DNA from: an uncultured Chloroflexia bacterium
GTDB taxonomy: Bacteria > Chloroflexota > Limnocylindria > Limnocylindrales > CSP1-4
Length of the DNA: 64,000 nucleotides
Direction: 5' to 3'
Assembly: GCA_963746845.1 (NCBI GenBank)
Contig: CAVVCZ010000006.1
Location: forward strand, 32,001-96,000
The position numbers and the translations under genes were made by a program. Every line of letters starts with the position of its first letter. Within the stretch, counting starts at the first letter, position 1. Positions 29,234 to 38,987 of this stretch are shown here, piece by piece. The notes beneath the pieces were generated by a model. That model was not told the origin of the DNA. It saw only the letters and a program-made list of their open reading frames with translations, and did not search any database.

Positions 29234-29737
29234 ATGTGGCCCTTTGGGTCGATGGACGTTGCCACCGAGCTCGCCGAACCGCGCCTGACCGTCGAGGCCG
29301 TGTATCGCGCCGACGCGGAGCGGCTGTGGCATGCCGTCCTCGCCTGGGCCGGCGACCCGGAGATCGCCAGCGATGCCGTGGCTGAGGCATACGCCCAGGT
29401 GATCCGTCGCGGCGATTCCGTTCGGGATCCGGCCGCCTGGACGTGGCGTGCCGCCTTCCGGATCGCCGCCGGTGCCATGAAGTCGCGGCCGTCCACCATC
29501 GACACGGATCGAGCGGACCTCGGCGTCCACGTCGACCGATATGCCGATCCGGACCTCCTCGCCGCGCTCCAACGGCTCCCGGACGGCCAGCGGGCCGCCG
29601 TCGTCCTGTTCTATCTCGCCGACCTGCCGATCGGGCAGATCGCCAACCGGCTCGGCTCGAACAGCATCGCCGTCCGGGCCAACCTCAGCCGGGGCCGGCG
29701 CCGCCTCCGTGAGCTTCTGGGTGACCGAGATGGATGA
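29234..29737 (+). CDS. ECF sigma factor
   Basis: ASDAVAEAY, PAAWTWRAA, LQRLPDGQRAAVVLFY..IGQIA..VRANLSRGRRRL. Confidence 0.88.
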   Translation: MWPFGSMDVATELAEPRLTVEAVYRADAERLWHAVLAWAGDPEIASDAVAEAYAQVIRRGDSVRDPAAWTWRAAFRIAAGAMKSRPSTIDTDRADLGVHVDRYADPDLLAALQRLPDGQRAAVVLFYLADLPIGQIANRLGSNSIAVRANLSRGRRRLRELLGDRDG

Positions 29738-31031
29738 CCTTCGCGACCGCCTTGCCCCCCTCAAGCGGGTCCCGATGCCGGACCTGTGGCCGACGATCGA
29801 GGCGCGCGCGGGAGCGTCGGCCGACCTGCCGCCGGCGGAGCGGGTCCGAGCGACTCGACCGACCGCCGCCGCGGTCGGCAGGGGCCTGTTCGATCGTCCC
29901 GCCTTCGCGTGGCTCGTCGTGCTCGTGCTGCTGCTCGCGCTCGTCGTCGGCGTGCTCGCGGTCGGCGCCCCGCGTCCCGGACCGCTGCCGGCGGTCGTCC
30001 CGCCGATCGCGATCGCAGGCTCGGCCGAGCCGTCGACGACTACGCCGGTCGAGCCGACGACGGCGCCTTCCGACTCGGCCCGCCCGACACCCTCCGACCC
30101 GGTCCCCGCCGACCCCGCAGGATGCCCGGCCATGCCGGCGGCGCCCGGGCAGGCGACCCTCACGGCGATCACGATGTTCGACTACGCCGTGGATCTCACC
30201 GCCGCCGGCTGCTCGCTGTGGGCGCAGAGCGAGTCGAACAACGGTGGCATCGTGCGCATCGATCCGACGACCGGCCGGATCCTCACCCAGATCGTCCCCG
30301 ATGAGGTCGTCGACTCGATCGTCGCCAGCGACGGTGCGATCTGGGCTGTCGCCCATCCGTCGAACCTCACCGGGCAGATCCAGCCACGTCTGGTCCGGAT
30401 CGATCCGGTCACGAACGAACTGTCGACCATGCGCGACCTGCCGACAGAAGGCGACCTTGCCATCCTCGGCGACGTCGTGTGGGTTCGCGACACCCTGGGG
30501 GGCAAGCGCTGGATGGCCCCGCTCGACGGCCATCGCCCGACCCTCCGGGTGGGGACCTCCGGTCCGTTCCTCGGTGTCGCCTTCGACACCGTGTGGGTCC
30601 AGCCAGGCCAGACGGGCCGCCTGGAGCGGTTCGACGCGGTCGGGGGGACGATGGCCTCCATCGACGTCGGCGACGCCTCGTCGTGCGCGATCGCGGAGAC
30701 CGGCGTCGCCTGCGCATCCGGCTCCGGGCGCGTGCTGTTCGTCTCCCCGGAGACGAACACCGTCGTCTGGTCCGTGCAACTGCCCCACTGGACGGGCGAC
30801 GTCACGTCGGTCGCCGCCCTCGGCGGCTCGATCTGGGTCTTGCCGGCCGAGATCGGGCCGGGCCGGCTCGACGCTCCGGGGCTCGTCGAGCTCGACGCCG
30901 CGACCGGTGCGGTGCTCCGAGACATCGCGCTGCCGGTCCGCCAGCCGCTCGACCTCTGGGGCGAGCTCGGCAGCCTGTGGCTCGCCTCCGCGGAACAGCC
31001 GCTGGCCCGGGTGGACCTGCCTCCGCGATAA
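29730..31031 (+). CDS. Putative anti-sigma membrane protein with beta-propeller ectodomain
   Basis: Overlaps the sigma stop codon; TM, Pro/Thr linker, repeated RIDP and GSxW blades. Confidence 0.7.
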   Translation: MDDLRDRLAPLKRVPMPDLWPTIEARAGASADLPPAERVRATRPTAAAVGRGLFDRPAFAWLVVLVLLLALVVGVLAVGAPRPGPLPAVVPPIAIAGSAEPSTTTPVEPTTAPSDSARPTPSDPVPADPAGCPAMPAAPGQATLTAITMFDYAVDLTAAGCSLWAQSESNNGGIVRIDPTTGRILTQIVPDEVVDSIVASDGAIWAVAHPSNLTGQIQPRLVRIDPVTNELSTMRDLPTEGDLAILGDVVWVRDTLGGKRWMAPLDGHRPTLRVGTSGPFLGVAFDTVWVQPGQTGRLERFDAVGGTMASIDVGDASSCAIAETGVACASGSGRVLFVSPETNTVVWSVQLPHWTGDVTSVAALGGSIWVLPAEIGPGRLDAPGLVELDAATGAVLRDIALPVRQPLDLWGELGSLWLASAEQPLARVDLPPR

Positions 31032-31101
31032 GCGCTGATGCGGCGCAAGAGGGCCTCCGGCGACCGCCCGCGACGGGCGCGCGCCCGGCGACAATGTCGG
31101 C

Positions 31102-31989
31102 ATGCCGGGGAAGGACTCGTACTCGTTCGTGATCGGATCGATCCGGTGCACCGCCGTGAACGACGGCGACGCCTGGTACCAATCCGCCGACTACGTCGCG
31201 AACGCGTCGCGCGACGAGGTCACGGCGGCGCTCTCCCCCCACGGTCACGACCCGGATGCCATCCCCTCTCCATGGAGCGGGCTGGTCGTCGACACCGGCA
31301 GCGCGCGGATCCTGATCGACACCGGCGGCGGCCCGGTCACGTCCGAGGTCGGGCGCTTGTACGAGAACCTCGGCCGGGCCGGGATCGCGCCGGACACGAT
31401 CGACACCGTCGTGATCACCCACGCCCACCCGGACCACATCGGCGGGAACACGAATGGCGACGGCCGGGCGGCCTTCCCGAACGCCCGCTACGTCATCGAT
31501 GAGCGCGAGTGGCGGTTCTGGACGGACGAGACGGAGCTGGCGCGCGTGAACGACGGCTTCGCCCAGGCCGCACGGCGACATCTGCTCCCGCTCGACGAGC
31601 GGCTCGAACCCATCGGGCGGGACATCGAGATCGCGAGCGGCATCGAGCTGATCACGACGCCCGGCCACACCCCCGGCCACCTCGGGGTCGCGATCCGCTC
31701 GGGCGGCTCCGAGCTGGTGTACATCTCGGACGCCGCGCTCCACCCCATCCATCTCGAGCATCCGACCTGGCACCCGGCGTTCGACCAGGATCCCGTTGCC
31801 GCCCTCGCGAGCCGGCGCCGGCTGTTCGACCGGGCCGCGACGACCGGCGCCACCGTGCTGGCGATGCACTTCCCGCCGTTCCCGAGCCTCGGCCACGTCG
31901 CGAAGCACGGGACCGGCTGGCACTGGGAACCGCTGTCATCCACATCCGCGGATCCGCTGGCGCCGCCGCGCCCGGCAACCGGCGGTTGA
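31102..31989 (+). CDS. MBL-fold hydrolase (lactonase/phosphotriesterase-like)
   Basis: LIDTG, THAHPDHIGG, TPGHTPGH, AMHFP. Confidence 0.9.
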   Translation: MPGKDSYSFVIGSIRCTAVNDGDAWYQSADYVANASRDEVTAALSPHGHDPDAIPSPWSGLVVDTGSARILIDTGGGPVTSEVGRLYENLGRAGIAPDTIDTVVITHAHPDHIGGNTNGDGRAAFPNARYVIDEREWRFWTDETELARVNDGFAQAARRHLLPLDERLEPIGRDIEIASGIELITTPGHTPGHLGVAIRSGGSELVYISDAALHPIHLEHPTWHPAFDQDPVAALASRRRLFDRAATTGATVLAMHFPPFPSLGHVAKHGTGWHWEPLSSTSADPLAPPRPATGG

Positions 31990-32012
31990 CCGGCGCCTGC
32001 TAGCCTCGCCGG

Positions 32013-34031
32013 GTGCCACGACTCGACCCTGACCGCCTGCTCGACGACCTCGACCCGGAGCAGCGCGAGGCGGTCCTCGCGACCAGCGGACCCGTCGCGA
32101 TCCTCGCCGGCGCAGGGACCGGCAAGACCCGGGTCATCAGCCGGCGCACGGCCTACGCGATCGCAACGGATGTCGTCCCGCCGGACCAGGCCCTCGTCGT
32201 CACGTTCACCGACAAGGCCGCCGGCGAGATGGTCGAGCGGCTCCGGGGGCTTGGGTTGCCGGGCGTCACCGCCCGGACCTTCCACGCCCACGCGCTCAGC
32301 CAGCTCCGCCACTTCTGGCCGTCGCGCCACGACGGCGCGCCCCTCCCCGCGCTCCTCGACTCGAAGATCCCGATCCTCGGCCGGCTCGCGCGGCAGCTCC
32401 CGGGCCACTTCCGGTTCACGCCCGCCAAGGACCTCGCCGACGAGATCGAGTGGGCGAAGTCGCGGCGGATCGACCCGCGGGCATACGAGCGCGAGGTCGC
32501 GCGCCTCGCGCCCGGGCGTGAGCCGCCGATCCCGATCGACCTCTTCGTCCGGACGTTCGACAACTACGAGCGCGCGAAGACGCGGGCGGGCCGGATCGAC
32601 TTCGATGACCTGCTCGTCGAGACCGTCCGGCTGCTCGAGGACGATGCCGAGGCCGCCGACACGGTCCGCGCGCGGAAGCGCTGGTTCAGCGTCGACGAGT
32701 ACCAGGACACGAGCCCGCTCCAGGAGCGGCTGCTCGAGCTGTGGCTCGCCGACCGGCCGGACTTGTGCGTCGTCGGCGACGTGGACCAGACGATCTACAC
32801 GTTCACCGGGGCGACGTCCGGATTCCTGACGTCCTTCGCCGAGCGGCATCCCGGCGCGCGGGTCCTCGACCTGACCCACAACTACCGCTCGACCCCACAG
32901 GTGCTCGAGCTGGCGAACCGGTTGATCGCTGCCGACGGACGCTCGAAGCGACTGACCGCGAGCCGGAACGACGGCCCGGAGCCGACCGTGACTCGTCACG
33001 CGTCCGCCGAGGCCGAGTTGGTGGGCGTCGTCGCAGCGATCGGCGGCCTGATCCGCGACGGCGTCGCACCCGCCGAGATCGCGGTGCTCGTCCGGATGAA
33101 CGCGCAGATCGAGCCGATCGAGGAGGCGCTGACCCGCACCGGGATCGCCTACCAGGTGCGCGGGATCCGGTTCTTCGACCGGCCGGAGGTCAAGGCCGCC
33201 GTCGCGAGCGTCCGACGCCGCGGTCTCGACGCGACGGGTCTCGCGCTCGTCGCCGCCATCCGGCGGCGGTGGGTCGAGGACGTCGGCTTCGAGGAGGACG
33301 GTGCGTCGGCATCGGAGGGTCGCGAGGCGCAGGAGCGCCAGTCGTCGCTGGAGACGTTGCTCGCGATCGTCACCACGGTCGTCCATGCGGACGTCTCGAG
33401 CGACGCCGGCGCGATCGTCGCGGAGCTGGACCGGCGGGCGGCTCACGAGCGAGACAACGCCGGCGAGGGGGTGAACCTCCTCACGTACCATCGGGCGAAG
33501 GGCCTCGAATGGGACGCGGTCTTCCTGCCGATGCTCGAGGACGGCTCGCTCCCGATCCGCCAGGCGCTCGATGACGACGACGCGCTCGCCGAGGAGCGGC
33601 GGCTGCTCTATGTCGGGATCACCCGCGCCCGGATCCACCTCGCGCTGTCGTGGGCGGAGCGGCGCGAGACCCGCGGTCGCGAGGGTCGTCGTCAGCCGAG
33701 CCGGTTCCTGCTGGACCTTCGTCCCCGCTCGGCCGCCCGAACCGGCGAGCGTCGCGTGCGCGACCTCGGCGGGCCGCCGGCCGCCCCGCGCCCGCCGCGC
33801 CCGGGCGACGACGCCGACCCAGTCTTCGCGGCGCTGCGTGAGTGGCGCACGTCAACGGCCCGTTACGAGGGGATGCCGGCGTACGTGATCGCCCACGACT
33901 CGACCCTCGCGGCGATCGCGGAAGCACGGCCCGCGACGCTCGCGGCGCTCCGCCGCGTGAAGGGCATGGGCCCCACGAAGCTCGAGAGATACGGCGACGG
34001 CATCCTCGAGGTCCTCGCCGCCATCGACTGA
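32013..34031 (+). CDS. uvrD2: UvrD/Rep helicase with HRDC domain (UvrD2-like)
   Basis: AGAGTGKT, VDEYQD, NYRST, HRAKGLEW, EERRLLYVGITRA, C-terminal HRDC. Confidence 0.92.
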   Translation: MPRLDPDRLLDDLDPEQREAVLATSGPVAILAGAGTGKTRVISRRTAYAIATDVVPPDQALVVTFTDKAAGEMVERLRGLGLPGVTARTFHAHALSQLRHFWPSRHDGAPLPALLDSKIPILGRLARQLPGHFRFTPAKDLADEIEWAKSRRIDPRAYEREVARLAPGREPPIPIDLFVRTFDNYERAKTRAGRIDFDDLLVETVRLLEDDAEAADTVRARKRWFSVDEYQDTSPLQERLLELWLADRPDLCVVGDVDQTIYTFTGATSGFLTSFAERHPGARVLDLTHNYRSTPQVLELANRLIAADGRSKRLTASRNDGPEPTVTRHASAEAELVGVVAAIGGLIRDGVAPAEIAVLVRMNAQIEPIEEALTRTGIAYQVRGIRFFDRPEVKAAVASVRRRGLDATGLALVAAIRRRWVEDVGFEEDGASASEGREAQERQSSLETLLAIVTTVVHADVSSDAGAIVAELDRRAAHERDNAGEGVNLLTYHRAKGLEWDAVFLPMLEDGSLPIRQALDDDDALAEERRLLYVGITRARIHLALSWAERRETRGREGRRQPSRFLLDLRPRSAARTGERRVRDLGGPPAAPRPPRPGDDADPVFAALREWRTSTARYEGMPAYVIAHDSTLAAIAEARPATLAALRRVKGMGPTKLERYGDGILEVLAAID

Positions 34032-34046
34032 CGGCGGATCGCCCGA

Positions 34047-35756
34047 TCAGGCGGTCGTGGCGGCCGCGGCGGTCGTGGCGCTTGCCCGCTGCAGGTTCGT
34101 CTGGACCATCCGCTCGGTGATCACGCACGCGGCGGGACCGGCCACCGCGGCAAGGAATGTCCCCGCATCCACGCTGTACCCGGTCACATCGGTGACCGCG
34201 ATCACGGTCGCCGTGCGCGGACTTCGGCGGAGCAGCGCGATCTCCCCGACGCCGGCGCCCGGGCCCAGCCGGTGGATCGGCCGCCCATCGACGATCACCT
34301 CGATCTCGCCGGTCGCGATGACGACGAATTCGTCGCCGGGCTCGCCCTGCGTCATCAGCGCGCTCCCGGCGGGAGCCGTGACCGGCCGAAGCCCCTCGGC
34401 CACCCGCTCGACCGCGGTCATCGGGAGCTCGGAGAACACCGGCACCTTCCCGAGGAGCTGAACCAGACCCTCGTTGACCACCGTCACCCGTTCGACGTGC
34501 CCGATCCGCAGGTAGATCACCGTCGCCAGGACCGGCAGGATGGACCCGGCGACGATGAGGGCGCCGCGCGGGCCGAACCCCCAGATCAGGAGCGGGGCGA
34601 GCAGGCTGCCGGACACCGCACCCAGGCCGATGATGCCCTCGAGCACGCCGAGCGCCGGCGCCCGATCCTCGTTGGCGCTGGCGCGCTGGAAGATCGTGAA
34701 GAGTGCGACGTCGTAGGTGGCGTTCGCGACCCCGATGACGACCATGGCCGCCAGCGCGATCTCGGGGAGCGGGATGACGCCGATGATCGCGATCGGCAGG
34801 CCCCAGAACACGAGGCCCAGCACCTCCTGGGGGACGAGCCGCTCGGACCGTGCCGATGCCATCGCGAAGATCGCGCCGCCCAGGCCGCCCAGGCCCAGCG
34901 CGGCCGCGAGCAGCCCCGGTCCGGATTGGCCCATGTTGAGGAGATCGATCGCCGCGACCACGGCGAGGGCATTGAGCAGGCCGCGGGTCAGCACCTGGCC
35001 GTAGGTTCCGAGCGCGCTCCAGGCGAGCAACGGCTGCCGCCGGATCGCGCGGACGCCGTGCATGAGCCGAAGCCCGCCGCTCTTCCGCCGATCATCGACC
35101 GCGACGTCGGCGGCCTGCTCGAACCGGAGCCCGGCCGCGATCAGGGCCGTCACGAGGAACGTGACCCCGGCGACGGCCGCGACGGCCGCCGGCATCCCGA
35201 GGGCCATCAGGATCCCGGCAATGAACGGTCCGGCAAACGCGCCCACGCCCTCGCCGGTGCTCCAGACCGTGTTCGCGGCGACCAGCTCGCCCGGGCTCCG
35301 GGCGATCGCGGGCATCAGCGTGACCTGCGTCGGGCGAACCGGCGCACCCGCGGCCGCGGCGATCGCCGCCAGCACGAAGAGCTCGATCAGCAGGACCTGG
35401 CGGTCATCGAGCGAGTGACCCGCCGTGAAGATCGCGAGCGCGGTGAGGCCCGCGCTGCCGGCGCGGATCAGCGCGAGGACGACGAGGACCCGATCGCCCC
35501 GGAACCGTTCGAGCATCGGCCCCGAGAGCATCCCGGCGGCGACCGCCGGGATCATGCGGATGGCACCCAGCAGCCCGGCCGCCACGACCCCACCTCGATT
35601 GAAGACTGTCACGAGCATGACGACGACGAGCGCGGCATCGGCCGCGACGCCGAGCATCCAGGTCAGCCCGAGCCGACGGATGCCGTCGTTCGCGAGCGCC
35701 TGGCGCAGGTTCGCGACCGCCGTCTCGACGGCGGACGGGATCCGCCTCGTGGTCAG
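34047..35756 (-). CDS. MFS transporter fused to a cyclic-nucleotide-binding domain
   Basis: About 12 TM, then QGEPGDEFVVI..GEIALL..PRTATV; start approximate. Confidence 0.85.
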   Translation of the reverse strand: MTTRRIPSAVETAVANLRQALANDGIRRLGLTWMLGVAADAALVVVMLVTVFNRGGVVAAGLLGAIRMIPAVAAGMLSGPMLERFRGDRVLVVLALIRAGSAGLTALAIFTAGHSLDDRQVLLIELFVLAAIAAAAGAPVRPTQVTLMPAIARSPGELVAANTVWSTGEGVGAFAGPFIAGILMALGMPAAVAAVAGVTFLVTALIAAGLRFEQAADVAVDDRRKSGGLRLMHGVRAIRRQPLLAWSALGTYGQVLTRGLLNALAVVAAIDLLNMGQSGPGLLAAALGLGGLGGAIFAMASARSERLVPQEVLGLVFWGLPIAIIGVIPLPEIALAAMVVIGVANATYDVALFTIFQRASANEDRAPALGVLEGIIGLGAVSGSLLAPLLIWGFGPRGALIVAGSILPVLATVIYLRIGHVERVTVVNEGLVQLLGKVPVFSELPMTAVERVAEGLRPVTAPAGSALMTQGEPGDEFVVIATGEIEVIVDGRPIHRLGPGAGVGEIALLRRSPRTATVIAVTDVTGYSVDAGTFLAAVAGPAACVITERMVQTNLQRASATTAAAATTA

Positions 35757-36412
35757 CTGGTCTTCAGCGTCAGCCACTGATCCGTCGGTTGGTATGGCTC
35801 TCCCTCCGGTGCGACGTCCTCGGCCACCACCACGGCGCCCGACAGCTGGTCCGTGAGCTGGGTCAGGACCGCCAGGCGGATCGTCGATGGGGAATGTAGC
35901 GCCTTGAGCTTGACGGTCATCCGCAGGACATTCTTCGTCAGCTTGAACGAGCCCGGGAACGTCTTGCCGGCGAACGCCTTGTTGACGGTCCAGTCGTCCA
36001 GCTCCGCCTGCCACGAGCCGTTCTTCTGGTTCGTGAGCTGCAGCCAGTAGTCGGAGCGCCCGGTGCCGTTGGGCTCGATCGTGATCGCGTAGCTGGTCTG
36101 GGTCTTGGTGGCCGGGGACTTCGCCGGGATGTTGCCGGCCAGAACGAGATCGACCACGAGGTTCCCGCCGGCCGTCGACGCGGACACCTGCTTGACGTCG
36201 ATGTCCGGTCGTGGCTTGGCGGCCGCGCCGGTGTCGTCCTTGAGGTCGCCCTGGGCGTCCTGGAGCGTGGCGGGGCCGCCTGCCGAGGCCGCCGGCCGCG
36301 CCGCCGACGGATCGGCCGCCCCGGATCCGGACGGACCGGTCGAGCCGCCGCACGCGGCGAGCAGTCCGGCGATTCCGATGAGGATCAGCCATCGCCTGGC
36401 CCTTGAAGCCAT
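35753..36412 (-). CDS. Lipoprotein
   Basis: Lipobox LLAAC, low-complexity linker. Confidence 0.75.
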   Translation of the reverse strand: MASRARRWLILIGIAGLLAACGGSTGPSGSGAADPSAARPAASAGGPATLQDAQGDLKDDTGAAAKPRPDIDVKQVSASTAGGNLVVDLVLAGNIPAKSPATKTQTSYAITIEPNGTGRSDYWLQLTNQKNGSWQAELDDWTVNKAFAGKTFPGSFKLTKNVLRMTVKLKALHSPSTIRLAVLTQLTDQLSGAVVVAEDVAPEGEPYQPTDQWLTLKTS

Positions 36413-36442
36413 CCGCGACTCCCTGCGGACCGAACCCCTGCG

Positions 36443-37726
36443 CTAGTGTGCCCCTCCGGCCGAGCCGTCGAGGCCCGTCCGGACGCGCTCCGTTCGCGGA
36501 CCGAACGCCGTCGCCGACCAGGCGGCCACGGCGAGGACGCCCGTGGCCGTGATCGCGATGACGAATGCCGTCGACGTCCGGTCCGCGAGTGGCCCGGCGA
36601 CGAGGATCGGCAGCAGGCTCGCGGCGCTGACGATCGAGGCGAGGACGCCGAAGACCCGGCCGCGAACGGCCGGGTCCATGTTCTCGAACAGGGCCGTCTG
36701 CGCCGAGACCGTCGTCGTCGCGTAGGCCGATCCCGCGAAGAAGGCGAAGGCCACGGCCAGCGGGATCAGCGGAAGCTCGCTCGACCCGCCGATCGACGCC
36801 AGACCCGCGATCGCGAGGGCGAGCACCCCGAAGACGATCAGACCCGCCTCCCCGGCACGCCGGCGGGTGATCCCCGGGCCCAGCTGACGAAGCGCGAGGA
36901 CGCCGGCAACGACACCGAGCCCGAGCGGCAGCACGACGACGACGAGGTTCTTCGGGTCCAGGCCGAGTGAAAAGGCGAGGCTCGGGCCGAGAACGCCGAC
37001 CACGCCGACGAGCGACGCCGACGCGGCCAGGTGCACCAGCGGCCGGCCGACCTCCCGGTTGCCGCCGATGGACGTCAGCCCCTCGCGGAGCTGATCGACG
37101 GGCTCGTGGAGCGAGCGCGGACCGCGGCCCGCATCGCGCTCGATCGGCGGTGCCGACGGGAGCATCACCGTCGCCACCGTCGCACCGGCGTAGAAGACCA
37201 CGACGGCCCCGAGGACGAACGACGGCCCGGCGATCGACACGAGCAGGGGACCGAGGAACGCGAAGCCCACGGCAAACGACGCCTGGAGCGTCAGGTTGAA
37301 GATCCCCATCGCCGTCTCGAGCTGGGCCCGGGGGACGATCCGCGGGATCATCGACGCCTCCGCGGGCGTGAGGACGACGGTCGTGAGGCTGATCCCGAGG
37401 TTGAGCGCCAGCAGGACCGCGATGTTCGTGCCTGCCAAAGCCAGCCCGAGCGTCAGCACCGTCCGGATCGTGTTCGGGATGATGAGCGCCCAGCGGACAT
37501 CCAGCCGATCGACCAGGACGCCCGCGACGGCGGACAGCAGGATCGTCGGGACCAGGTAGGACATCACGAGCGCGCTGACGGCCGCGTTCGAGCGCGTCGT
37601 CGCGAAGACCAGGATGGTCAACGCGTAGAGCGCCATGTTCCCGCCGACCTGCGTCGACGCCTGGATGAACCACAGCCGCCCGAACCCGGGGTCGCGCAGG
37701 AGCGGCCGGGCGCTGCTCGCGGTCAT
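36443..37726 (-). CDS. MFS transporter (DHA3/H+ antiporter-like)
   Basis: FGRLW, AGVLVDRLD, RGRVFG. Confidence 0.88.
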   Translation of the reverse strand: MTASSARPLLRDPGFGRLWFIQASTQVGGNMALYALTILVFATTRSNAAVSALVMSYLVPTILLSAVAGVLVDRLDVRWALIIPNTIRTVLTLGLALAGTNIAVLLALNLGISLTTVVLTPAEASMIPRIVPRAQLETAMGIFNLTLQASFAVGFAFLGPLLVSIAGPSFVLGAVVVFYAGATVATVMLPSAPPIERDAGRGPRSLHEPVDQLREGLTSIGGNREVGRPLVHLAASASLVGVVGVLGPSLAFSLGLDPKNLVVVVLPLGLGVVAGVLALRQLGPGITRRRAGEAGLIVFGVLALAIAGLASIGGSSELPLIPLAVAFAFFAGSAYATTTVSAQTALFENMDPAVRGRVFGVLASIVSAASLLPILVAGPLADRTSTAFVIAITATGVLAVAAWSATAFGPRTERVRTGLDGSAGGAH

Positions 37727-37760
37727 GGACGGATGCGGGGCCGGCGACCCCGTCGCGACG

Positions 37761-38012
37761 CTAGTCGCGTGGCCGGCGGTTCCGCTCTTCCTTGGTTGGG
37801 CGCGGCTCGCGCTTGGGCGGGTTCGGGCGGGTGCCCGGGGGCATGTTCGGGTACGGGCCCTGGGGTGGCCGTGCACGGGCGACGGCGACGGCCTCCTCGA
37901 ACGCGGCCGCGGCCGGCTTCGAGAGGCTGCCCATCCAGGCGGCCTCGATCTCCTTCACGCGCGCCGATTCGGCCGCGCGTCGCTCCTTCTCGAGCTTCGA
38001 GTGCTTCGCCAC
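37761..38012 (-). CDS. Small basic hypothetical protein
   Basis: 83 aa, AGGAG RBS. Confidence 0.6.
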   Translation of the reverse strand: MAKHSKLEKERRAAESARVKEIEAAWMGSLSKPAAAAFEEAVAVARARPPQGPYPNMPPGTRPNPPKREPRPTKEERNRRPRD

Positions 38013-38037
38013 TCACGGTCTCCTGTCGCTGGATGCG

Positions 38038-38071
38038 AAAAGGCCGCCCGCACCGGAAGTGCGAGCGGCCC
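38038..38071 (-). terminator. Intrinsic terminator after the cold-shock gene
   Basis: Minus strand GGCCGCTCGCAC-TTCCG-GTGCGGGCGGCC-TTTT. Confidence 0.8.
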
Positions 38072-38082
38072 CTCGAGGCTGA

Positions 38083-38286
38083 TCAGGCGCTCTGGACGTT
38101 CGTCGCGCGCGGGCCCTTCGGGCTCGCTTCGATCTCGAACTGGACCTTCTCACCGCCGGCGAGGCGGTCGAAGTCGAGCGAGGACGTCAGTCCGTTGCGA
38201 TGGAAGAAGTACTCCTTGCCGTCGTCGGCGGCGATGAAGCCGAAGCCGCGGTCGGAGACGACCTTCTTGATGGTGCCGGTGGTCAC
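38083..38286 (-). CDS. cspA: Cold-shock protein
   Basis: RGFGFI, YFFH, KGPRATNV; 67 aa from GTG. Confidence 0.93.
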   Translation of the reverse strand: MTTGTIKKVVSDRGFGFIAADDGKEYFFHRNGLTSSLDFDRLAGGEKVQFEIEASPKGPRATNVQSA

Positions 38287-38470
38287 AGTGACCCTCACTT
38301 TTCTCGAACTCAAGACTGCAGACGCACGGTCAGTTCGAGAGAAGTCGACCACACGGAGCACGGCCCCACAGTGGGACCTGCCCCTAGCCTAGCACGTTCG
38401 TTCGACCATCCGACAGCCCGCGGGCACCTGTCCCGCGTCCCGGCCCGGTCCGATCGACTAGGCTGGCGCC

Positions 38471-38872
38471 GTGGAATCGCTCGATCGGGTCGTCCGCTCG
38501 GCACTCGACGGCGACATCGTGTCGGCCGCGGTCTTCACCGTGGCGCCTGGCTCCGCGACGCTCGAGCTCGCGGCGGCGGCCGGGATCGAGGGTCCGGCGC
38601 TCGACGGTCTCGTGGCCGCGGTCCGGAATCCGGTCCATCCCGTGGCGCGGGCGCTCGCGGACGACGGGCCGACCTTCGACGTCGCACCGATGAACCCGGG
38701 TGGCCCGGCGCTGCGCAGCCATCTTCCGCTGTTCCGCGTCGCGGGCGGTGGCGCCGGCGAGGCGATCGGCGTGCTGGCCGTCTCCCACGACCACCCGCTG
38801 GATCCGGCCGCCCGGACCCGCCTCGAGTCCCTCGCGACCGCCGCGGCAGCCGCCATCGACGGTCCGCGCTAA
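38471..38872 (+). CDS. GAF-like domain protein
   Basis: LELAAAAG..HLPL..IGVLAV pattern. Confidence 0.55.
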   Translation: MESLDRVVRSALDGDIVSAAVFTVAPGSATLELAAAAGIEGPALDGLVAAVRNPVHPVARALADDGPTFDVAPMNPGGPALRSHLPLFRVAGGGAGEAIGVLAVSHDHPLDPAARTRLESLATAAAAAIDGPR

Positions 38873-38987
38873 GGCGAGCATCGACGCGCAAGACGCGCGC
38901 GAGACGCCGTCGCGACACAGTGGAGCCGATCGCCCTCGACGCCGCCTTCACCCGCCGACCGGCGATCGTGCGATGGGGGATGGACGG

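Noticed and set aside
31102-31989. Third MBL as part of the protease-MBL systems
   Set aside because: Lactonase-type motifs (HAHPDH, PGHTPGH), no protease neighbour, housekeeping context
34047-37673. 1208-aa giant MFS ORF
   Set aside because: The N-terminal half is an off-frame read through two other real genes
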